Below, one piece after another: positions 57,317 through 64,000 of a DNA stretch of 64,000 bases (position 1 is the first letter of the stretch; each line of letters starts with the position of its first letter). The position numbers and the translations under genes were made by a program. The notes below the pieces were generated by a model. That model was given only the letters and a program-made list of their open reading frames with translations. It was not told the origin of the DNA and did not search any database. This DNA comes from Candidatus Multivorans sp. (GTDB taxonomy: Bacteria > Acidobacteriota > Thermoanaerobaculia > Multivoradales > Multivoraceae). The DNA is taken from contig CBDBDB010000016.1 of NCBI GenBank assembly GCA_965203495.1, positions 72,719 to 136,718 on the forward strand, written 5' to 3'.

Positions 57317-58912
57317 TCAGGCCCGCCGCTTCTTCTTGCTCACGCCGAGCGTCTCCCTCACCCTGACGTCGACTTTCTGGTCGATCCGCGACGCGGCGAG
57401 CCGAACGAGGAGATCGGAGGGTTCCACCCAGGTCGTGACCGGCGGCTCGCCATCGAACTCGATCCGCATCTTCCCCCGCTCGATCGTCATCTCGTACCGC
57501 CCCCTCTCCAGGCTGATCCGGGAGCGAATGCAGGGCCACTTCAACTGGCGGGCCAGTTCGAGCGCCGCGTCCTGCTCGCGCTTTCCCCAAGGCTCGGCCT
57601 GGAACAGTTCGTACAAGGGGAGGACGCGCTCCGGCGGCTTGCCGATGTCGAAGCCCGAGGCATCCAGCCGATGCGCCAGAGCGGACATTCGGTGGGTCAC
57701 GGCTTTCCGCAGCTCCGGCCCTCCGCGCAGGTCGAGCGGCAGCTTCAGCCAACCGTCGCGCGCCCCGAACAGGATGGCGGCCGCCAGCCGGTCGTCCTCC
57801 TTGAGTACAGAATGATCCTCGATCAGGTCGAGCAGGTCCGAACTCCGCTCGCGCAGACCCTTGCAGGCCTGTGCGTTGATAACGAGGATACCGCCCCGGT
57901 CGAAGCGGACTTCCGGCCGGTGCTGGCGATGGAACGTCTCGATCTCCGGTCGGCCGTTGTCCAGCGAGACAGTCGCGCGAACGCGCTTCAGCTCCTGAAG
58001 GTACTCCTCCCTCACCTTGTTGTTCGGCGCGATCACGCCGACCAGGCGGCGGGGATCCTGATCCCAGTGCCGCAGGACGTTCCCGGCGATTCGGGGCATC
58101 GCCGCTTCGTTCACCAGGTAGAGCCTGGGCACGTAGGCCGTGCCCGCCTCGGGCGGCAGGTCGGGTGGCGGAGACGCCGGATCGCCCGTGTAGAACGCTC
58201 GCGCCAGCCGAGCGATCCCATGCCGGTTGCGGTGGTTCCGCTTCAGTTCGACGACTTTGCCGCATAGACGATCCTCCAACTCTCGACGGCTCGAATTCTC
58301 GTCCTTGATCTGCTGGTTCTGATCGGCGGCCACGAAGATGTTGGCGAACCCGACGTTGTTCAGGAAGTCGTAGAAGCCGGGCGGCATGTCCTGGCCTTCG
58401 TCGATCACGAGGATCGGGAAGTCGCGCGTTCCATTCTCCGGGAGCGGCAACTCCTCGATCGTCCGCCTCACGGCTTGCCAGTCGAAGGGTCGCCAGTTCG
58501 ACCCGCTCTTCGGATCGCGTTTCGGCGTGTCTCTTCCGACCGCCTTCTTGAACTCGCTCCCGAACCAGGACATCCACGTCCTGGCCTCGAGTTCGCCATC
58601 AAACATTGCCTCGGACGCACGGAGCAGGAGGTGGTTCCAGACGAGGAAGACGTAGTCCTCGCCGTTTCGAGCGTGGCGTCGCGCTCGCAGCAGACAGACC
58701 ACCGTCTTGCCCGTGCCGGGTCCGCCAACGATCAGATACCGCCCCTTGCTCGGCAACGCCGGACCTCCGCCCGCTCCTGCACCGCCACATCCGCCACCCG
58801 ATGATGCACCTCCGCCAGCCGACGCTGCGCACGGCAGCGCCAACACCCGCTCCTGCTCCTTCGTCAGGTCTTCGATTCCCGGCAGCTCGTACCGACGCTC
58901 TCTACCCGCCAC
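57317..58912 (-). CDS. UvrD/Rep-like SF1 helicase-family P-loop NTPase (divergent, short)
   Basis: LTKEQERVLALP...GRYLIVGGPGTGKT (motif Ia/I), ILVIDEGQDM (motif II), KRNHRN (compare motif IV NYRS), ACKGLRE (compare motif V). GTG start at 58912 with perfect SD GGAGGAG 7 nt upstream. The N-terminal 94 aa of the track ORF are rejected. Confidence 0.65.
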   Translation of the reverse strand: MAGRERRYELPGIEDLTKEQERVLALPCAASAGGGASSGGGCGGAGAGGGPALPSKGRYLIVGGPGTGKTVVCLLRARRHARNGEDYVFLVWNHLLLRASEAMFDGELEARTWMSWFGSEFKKAVGRDTPKRDPKSGSNWRPFDWQAVRRTIEELPLPENGTRDFPILVIDEGQDMPPGFYDFLNNVGFANIFVAADQNQQIKDENSSRRELEDRLCGKVVELKRNHRNRHGIARLARAFYTGDPASPPPDLPPEAGTAYVPRLYLVNEAAMPRIAGNVLRHWDQDPRRLVGVIAPNNKVREEYLQELKRVRATVSLDNGRPEIETFHRQHRPEVRFDRGGILVINAQACKGLRERSSDLLDLIEDHSVLKEDDRLAAAILFGARDGWLKLPLDLRGGPELRKAVTHRMSALAHRLDASGFDIGKPPERVLPLYELFQAEPWGKREQDAALELARQLKWPCIRSRISLERGRYEMTIERGKMRIEFDGEPPVTTWVEPSDLLVRLAASRIDQKVDVRVRETLGVSKKKRRA

Positions 58913-58980
58913 GGCGGCTCCTCCGGATATCCCGAACTGCGCCAGGCCCGACAGTCGACGGCACGAACGTCCTCCGCCTC

Positions 58981-60918
58981 TCAGAGCGCATGGGGGCGAC
59001 TCCCTTCGCGGCTCGCCAACTCCCACAAGGACCGAAGATCCGCCCCGTCGCCCGTCACGAACGCTCGATCCAGAAGGCGGTTGCCGCAGATGCAACTCGG
59101 TTCGGGCACGAGCGCGCAGGCATGGCAGGCGGCCCGGTTCAGCAGGTCCGGTCCGTGCCCCTCCTGCTCGGCGCAGACCGGGTCGAACGAGCACCAGGAG
59201 GCGTCGTCGACGGCGCCGGAGAGCAGCCGCAGGAACCGGTCCGGCTGTGCCAGGTCCATCAAGCCGCCGAGGGAACCCTGCTCGTCCGGGACCGCCACGT
59301 AGATCAGGATGCCGGCCATCGGTTCGCCGTCGTCCCGGCCATCGGCGCAGTAGATGCGCTCCTTGAGCGAAGCCGCGGGATACCCCGCCTGCGTCTCCAG
59401 ACGGCGGATGACGAGATGAGCAAGCGTGTGGCAGAGAAGGAAGCGGGGAGACAGGGACGCCCCGACTGAGCGTTCAATGAAGGGTGCGGTCCGCCTCCGC
59501 GCGGCGTCCTGAAGCTCCCAGCGTCTCACGACCTCCTCGCCAAGCGAAAAGAACAGGCCCTCGCCCCAGAGTTCCAGAGCCGGCAGCCAGTCGCTCTTGC
59601 CGACGACTTTGGGCGGAGTCACGGGACGCTGCTCTTCGCCGCTGCCCCAAACGCGGCGAAAACCGTCGAAGACCATGATCTCCTTGACCCGATGGACGGC
59701 CACCAGGCGATCCACCGCGGTGACGATCCCCGCCGACGGACTTCCCGGATCGACCGCGAGCCGTCGCCAAGCCGCCGAGAGGTGCTCGGTAACGAGGTCC
59801 TCGTCCGGCAGAAGATCGGGGATCGGCTCGGTCAGCGCGCGAAACTCCAGGGACTCGAGATTGCCCGGCGGCAGTTCCAGGTGCGGATACCCGCCGTCGA
59901 TCTCCGCCAGTGCCGCCTTGATTTCAGCCGGCGAGCGCCGGTACTTGTTGGCCAGACTCCGCAACCTGGCCTTGCGATCAAACTCGTTTCGCACGGCACG
60001 AACGGACCGTTGATCGGCGGAACTGCTGTAGAGGCGATCGACGACGCTGCCCCGCCTGATCCGGGATTCGGGCGGAATGACGAGCGCCGTCCGGCACTCC
60101 GCGTAGTGGACGCGAACGTCGTTGACGCCGACCAGCCAGCCCGGTTCGCTCGGCGTCTCCGGCGGCGGCTCACGAACCCAAGGCTGCCGCCGCGTGCTGG
60201 CGCCGAACGGAAAGCGATCGGGTAGGCGCCGCTCGGCGCCACAGCCGCGCTGCGAGCACTTCACCCACCACCGACCTTCCCTGTTCTCGACCCTCAGGTA
60301 CGGTTCGATCCAGTCGGGCCCGCAGGCCCGCCGATCCGGGTTCCTGGCCGCGTCATGAGCGATCGCGTGCCACGGCACGTCCGCGAGGTGGCCGTCTTCA
60401 TGGATCAGCACCCAGGGAACCTGCTCCAGGATGCCGTCGCACGGCCTTGCCTCGCCCCGCCGCGCCGGCCTTCCTCTTCCGCCGCCAGACGCCGACGGCA
60501 CTACCTTGCAACGGAGCGGCGCCGCCTGGCGATCCGTCATGCCAACGTCCCGTTCGCGGCCGGTCAGCGCGCCGGCGGCGCCGCGGCATCGCCACGGCCT
60601 GTTGTGGAGCAGTCCGCACCGGCTGCAGCGGGTCCACTCGGGAAAGCGACGGGCCGCGACCCACCCTTGAACGTGTTCTCCCTTCCGCTTCTTCACCGGC
60701 GGGAGACAGAGCTTCGTGTCGCCCAGGCCGAGCGAACGCTTGACCAGCGACACGTACTTGATCTCGCGCTCGTCCGGGCTCGTGTTCGGGCCGTCCCAGT
60801 GCCGCGTGTCCTGAACCACCATCAGCGTCCTGTCGTGGCGGACGATCGCCCCCACCGAGCAGTCCCGCAGCAGGTGGGACAGCCGGATGTCGACGAACGT
60901 CCTGTCGGGCTGTCTCAA
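58981..60918 (-). CDS. DUF1998-domain protein (DrmB/MrfA-C-terminal-like), Cys-cluster C-terminus
   Basis: 645 aa. C-terminal region ...FLLCHTLAHLVIRRL...GILIYVAVPDEQGSLGGL...RAACHACALVPEPSCICGNRLLDRAF shows the conserved DUF1998 core with the terminal Cys cluster. TTG start at 60918 with a GAGGT SD 10 nt after the helicase stop. Confidence 0.7.
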   Translation of the reverse strand: MRQPDRTFVDIRLSHLLRDCSVGAIVRHDRTLMVVQDTRHWDGPNTSPDEREIKYVSLVKRSLGLGDTKLCLPPVKKRKGEHVQGWVAARRFPEWTRCSRCGLLHNRPWRCRGAAGALTGRERDVGMTDRQAAPLRCKVVPSASGGGRGRPARRGEARPCDGILEQVPWVLIHEDGHLADVPWHAIAHDAARNPDRRACGPDWIEPYLRVENREGRWWVKCSQRGCGAERRLPDRFPFGASTRRQPWVREPPPETPSEPGWLVGVNDVRVHYAECRTALVIPPESRIRRGSVVDRLYSSSADQRSVRAVRNEFDRKARLRSLANKYRRSPAEIKAALAEIDGGYPHLELPPGNLESLEFRALTEPIPDLLPDEDLVTEHLSAAWRRLAVDPGSPSAGIVTAVDRLVAVHRVKEIMVFDGFRRVWGSGEEQRPVTPPKVVGKSDWLPALELWGEGLFFSLGEEVVRRWELQDAARRRTAPFIERSVGASLSPRFLLCHTLAHLVIRRLETQAGYPAASLKERIYCADGRDDGEPMAGILIYVAVPDEQGSLGGLMDLAQPDRFLRLLSGAVDDASWCSFDPVCAEQEGHGPDLLNRAACHACALVPEPSCICGNRLLDRAFVTGDGADLRSLWELASREGSRPHAL

Positions 60919-60925
60919 GACAGGT

Positions 60926-63900
60926 CTACCTCACGCCCAGCACGGCGGGACTCTCGACGTTGCGCATCGAGTGCAGGGTGGGCCAGAGTCCCGGCGCGCC
61001 CCAGCCGTCCTCGAAACCGCGGAGGAGGCGGTCGAAGGCCTTGTCTTTCGCCTGGTAGTGCAGTCCTCGCGCACTCGCCCGGCAACGCGCGGCTTCCTGA
61101 TGCCACTGTTCCAGAAGCCGGTCGACGTCCTCGCTCGCCTCGACCGCCTTCTCCGGACAGGCTCTCTCCGCGCGTCGCTTGAACTCGTCGACGACTCGAC
61201 GCACGTCCGGGAGGCCGGAATCGAAGTTCCCCGCCGCCCGGTTCGCCGCGAGGCCGTCGCAGCCATGACGAAGCGCGATGACCAGGGCGGCGTGAAGCGC
61301 CCGCTTCCGCACCTGAAACGTGTACGGCGTCACGCTGCTCGGCTCGACGAAGCGGTAGAACGACTCGTGGTACGGCCGGAACGACTCGTAGTGGGAGAGG
61401 CTCCTGGCCTGGCGCCGGTAGTAGTTGGCGACGACGACGCCCGGCGCCTCGGCGCGGCCGACCCGGCTCGTCGCCTGCACGTACTCGCCCGTGGTCAGGG
61501 GCTGGCGATTGACGACCATCAGCGCCAGCCGGGAGACGTCGAGACCCACCGACACCATGTTCGTGGACAGCACGGCGTCCAGACAGCGGTCGGCGCCCCG
61601 CGGTTCGCCGAGGCGCTCGAAGATGTCCGCGAGATATTCGGCGGTGTGACGGCTCCAGAGTTGTTCCACTTGCGGTTCACGGAAGCGGCGGCGCAGTTCC
61701 TTCTCGATCGGATCCTGGTCGCTGTCCTCTTGCGTCTCTCCGCCGGCCGGCTCGCCGCGACGATTCCGCTCGGCGACGTATTCCGCGATCAGTCGTTCGC
61801 CGAACTCGCGAACGTCCGCCTGGAAGGCGTTGCTGCTCGTGCCGACGCCGCGCAGGCTGCCGTGGTAGACGACGTTCGTCCACCACGCCTCGAACAGGTC
61901 CTCCTCGTCCACGTCGCCGCGGAAGACGACAAGCGGCGCCGCGACCAGGCACGCGGCCAGCGGCGCGAAACAGTGCTGATGGTCCTTGAGCGGCGCGAGG
62001 TAGCCAACGTAGAGCCGACCGGGACGACTTCGATCGACCCGCGCAAACCAGGAGTCATCGCAGGAGAGACCGGGAGGCGGGAACACGGCGACCTCGCGCC
62101 CGTACAGCGCTCGCACCTGCTCGCCGGCCATGCGGATGGTGGCGGTGGAAGCGATGTACTTCGGCTGCACTCCCCGACAGCGAACGGCGGTCTCGATCCC
62201 CGCCTCGTAGAGGCCCGCCACCGAGCCGAGCGGCCCGGAGATCAGGTGCAGCTCGTCCTGAAGCACCAGGTCCGGCGCGCGGCGGTCGCGGCCGGCGCCG
62301 AAGAAGGCGGCCGCGCGTTCCTCCCAGGCCAGCCGCGCGAACTTGTCGATCGTGCCGATCAGAAGAGACGGCGGGTGCGCGTAGAGCGACTCGTCGACAA
62401 CGCGGCAAGGCAGGGGATCCTCGCGCCGACCGAAGACGCAGTCGCGGTTCGTGCAGTGGAAACGGAAATCCGGGTACACGGCCTCGTAGCCGCGCTCGCC
62501 GTCGAAGGGCTCGCCGCACCACGGGCAGCGGGAGAGCAACAGACTCTTCGGAGCCGTGTCGCCCACATCGCCGGACCGCATCTCCTCCACGATCGCCGCC
62601 GCGTCCCGGATCGTGTTCGGACAGACGCCGCTCCCGACCCAGATGCCGACGCTGAACGGCTCTTCGCCCAGCCGCCCCTCCCCCTCCGCATCCTCGCGGC
62701 GCAACAGCTCCAGAGCGCAGATCAGTCCCGCGGCCCGCTCGAACTGCTGCCGCGTCAGCAGCCGCAGCGTGTAGCGCATGAAGGCCGCCGTTCCGCCGCC
62801 ACGCTCGCCGTGGCGGAGGCGCCGCCACACGAGCAGAAACGCGATCAGCCCCAGATACGCTTCCGTCTTGCCGCCGCCCGTCTGAAACCAGATCAGGTCG
62901 AGCACGTCCCGGTGCTCGTCCCGCTCCGACACGGTCGACTCGATCGTGCCGAGCAGGAAGCCGAGCTGGAACGGTCGCCACGCCCGGGTCTCGTCGCGAC
63001 CGACGCCGAACTGGATCATCTGCCGGAGCATCGCCCGGTTGGCAAGTCGGAACGCCAGCGCCGCGTCCGCGTCGCCGGCGAGCATCTCGACGCCGCGAAG
63101 CATGCGTTCGCGGGCCAGTTCCATCCGTTCGCAGATGCGGTGCGCGGCCTCCCGGTCTCGCTCGTCCTCGATCCGTTCGGCCTCGGCGCGACGCTCCCTC
63201 GCCCAATCCGCATACTCGCCAATGAAGCCCCTGAGCGATTCCAACGGCAGTTCATCCGCGGCCAGTCGCTCCATCTCCAGTGCCTTGGCGTCGCCGCGGG
63301 CCGCCACGCTCACGATCGGCGACTCCGCTCGAGGCAGAAAGCTCGACCGAATGCGGACGACCTTTCCGGTGTCCTCGTCGTCGTTGTCCTCGTCCTCGCT
63401 CCAGTCGGCGGCCGCTCCGTGCCCGACCGCAAAGATGCGCCGCCCGCGGTATTGAAGCTCCAGTTCCCGCTCCTCGTCCGTCAGCAGATTCGGATCGACA
63501 CGCGGATAGTCGACGACGTCTCCCGCCTCGACGAAGCACTCGATCCGGGCTTCGAAGAGGGATCGCTCCACCCGCGCGACTGCTCTTTCGCGGCCGACTT
63601 CGTCCGTCGCCAGCGACTGCCGGTTGAACAGCGTCAAGGTCAGAATCGTCCCTGGCCCATGCGGCCGGGCGCGAACGTCGATTCCCGCGCGATCGTCCCA
63701 GATGGGAACACGGGAATCTTCGCCGTGGCAAACACGGTCCGCCGGCGCCAGCTTCCGCCTCGCATACCGCCGCTGGAACCGTCCGCTTTCGTCACGAAAC
63801 TCTTCTTGCTCGTACACGGCGGCCGACGCCTCGATCCGCAACCGGACGTTCCCTCGCACACAGAACGAACAGCCGACCGAGGACGGCGGCACGTACCGTC

Positions 63901-63931
63901 GGCGGCGGACCGGCTCGGCCTTGCGCCCCAT
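60926..63931 (-). CDS. SF2 DEAD/DEAH-box-type helicase (DrmA-like / split MrfA-like helicase component)
   Basis: 1001 aa. Motif I FQTGGGKTEAY, motif II DELH (LVLQDELHLISGPLGS), motif III ASTAT, motif VI QATSRVGRAE. Large N-terminal non-helicase region. The gene directly precedes the DUF1998 gene. The upstream context is cut off by the window end. Confidence 0.75.
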   Translation of the reverse strand: MGRKAEPVRRRRYVPPSSVGCSFCVRGNVRLRIEASAAVYEQEEFRDESGRFQRRYARRKLAPADRVCHGEDSRVPIWDDRAGIDVRARPHGPGTILTLTLFNRQSLATDEVGRERAVARVERSLFEARIECFVEAGDVVDYPRVDPNLLTDEERELELQYRGRRIFAVGHGAAADWSEDEDNDDEDTGKVVRIRSSFLPRAESPIVSVAARGDAKALEMERLAADELPLESLRGFIGEYADWARERRAEAERIEDERDREAAHRICERMELARERMLRGVEMLAGDADAALAFRLANRAMLRQMIQFGVGRDETRAWRPFQLGFLLGTIESTVSERDEHRDVLDLIWFQTGGGKTEAYLGLIAFLLVWRRLRHGERGGGTAAFMRYTLRLLTRQQFERAAGLICALELLRREDAEGEGRLGEEPFSVGIWVGSGVCPNTIRDAAAIVEEMRSGDVGDTAPKSLLLSRCPWCGEPFDGERGYEAVYPDFRFHCTNRDCVFGRREDPLPCRVVDESLYAHPPSLLIGTIDKFARLAWEERAAAFFGAGRDRRAPDLVLQDELHLISGPLGSVAGLYEAGIETAVRCRGVQPKYIASTATIRMAGEQVRALYGREVAVFPPPGLSCDDSWFARVDRSRPGRLYVGYLAPLKDHQHCFAPLAACLVAAPLVVFRGDVDEEDLFEAWWTNVVYHGSLRGVGTSSNAFQADVREFGERLIAEYVAERNRRGEPAGGETQEDSDQDPIEKELRRRFREPQVEQLWSRHTAEYLADIFERLGEPRGADRCLDAVLSTNMVSVGLDVSRLALMVVNRQPLTTGEYVQATSRVGRAEAPGVVVANYYRRQARSLSHYESFRPYHESFYRFVEPSSVTPYTFQVRKRALHAALVIALRHGCDGLAANRAAGNFDSGLPDVRRVVDEFKRRAERACPEKAVEASEDVDRLLEQWHQEAARCRASARGLHYQAKDKAFDRLLRGFEDGWGAPGLWPTLHSMRNVESPAVLGVR

Positions 63932-64000
63932 CCCCCCGGGCTCGCCGTCCCGCGGCGCCTCCTCCGGGTCCTCCTCCGGCGGAGAGCCGCCCGGGCCGCT

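Overview
This is a roughly 70% GC bacterial chromosome segment. Gene content points to a soil Acidobacteriota-like organism (GWxTD/VWA protein, hopanoid and ornithine-lipid genes), but that is an inference. Most long ORFs in the six-frame track are high-GC frame artefacts. I kept only ORFs with recognisable protein-family features or good gene structure: start codon, Shine-Dalgarno (SD) ribosome-binding site, and overlapping stop/start codons (ATGA or GTGA) that indicate translational coupling.

Features, left to right:
- SAM-dependent methyltransferase, then a divergent copper amine oxidase.
- Nitrogen module: amtB-glnK, convergent with glnE.
- NUDIX hydrolase and an internal RND efflux-pump fragment (pseudogene).
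- Minus-strand operon: haloalkane dehalogenase, a Cys-rich secreted hypothetical, a GmhA-like SIS protein and an alpha/beta hydrolase.
- Several secreted hypotheticals, two Gfo/Idh/MocA oxidoreductases, a STAS-GPP34 pair, an HMGL-like lyase coupled to an NCS2 permease, and an ArnT-like glycosyltransferase coupled to an ICMT-like methyltransferase.
- GWxTD+VWA secreted protein and an AAA-ATPase/PD-(D/E)XK protein.
- Accessory patch (about 29.3-36.8 kb): an intact IS5/IS1182-type IS with 17-bp perfect terminal inverted repeats (TIRs) and a TTAT target-site duplication (TSD), an RHH+DUF1640 pair, an AT-rich 45-aa membrane peptide, a truncated tyrosine recombinase, and a KefB-like antiporter.
- Hopanoid cluster: shc-hpnH-hpnA-hpnG, plus a Gfo/Idh oxidoreductase and an orphan ccmC.
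- LLM oxidoreductase, PAE-family lipoprotein and an amidohydrolase.
- Seven-gene coupled operon ending in olsB-olsA and a three-domain fusion (alpha/beta hydrolase, DedA/VTT, ATP-grasp).
- Phasin, a secreted hydrolase and an M20 amidohydrolase.
- At the right edge: helicase, DUF1998 protein and a UvrD-like NTPase (DISARM DrmA/DrmB-like).

Most notable findings:
1. A roughly 158-bp MITE-like repeat in two copies (3359-3516 and 36624-36781) whose termini (CAGCCCGTGG...CCACGGG) match the TIRs of the resident IS.
2. The aminolipid operon with a Rieske/ferric-reductase fusion and the hydrolase-DedA-ATP-grasp fusion, a candidate novel ornithine/aminolipid head-group modification system.
3. A split helicase + DUF1998 + UvrD-like module, a candidate DISARM-like defence or DNA-repair system truncated by the window end.

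No rRNA, tRNA or CRISPR array was recognised by eye.
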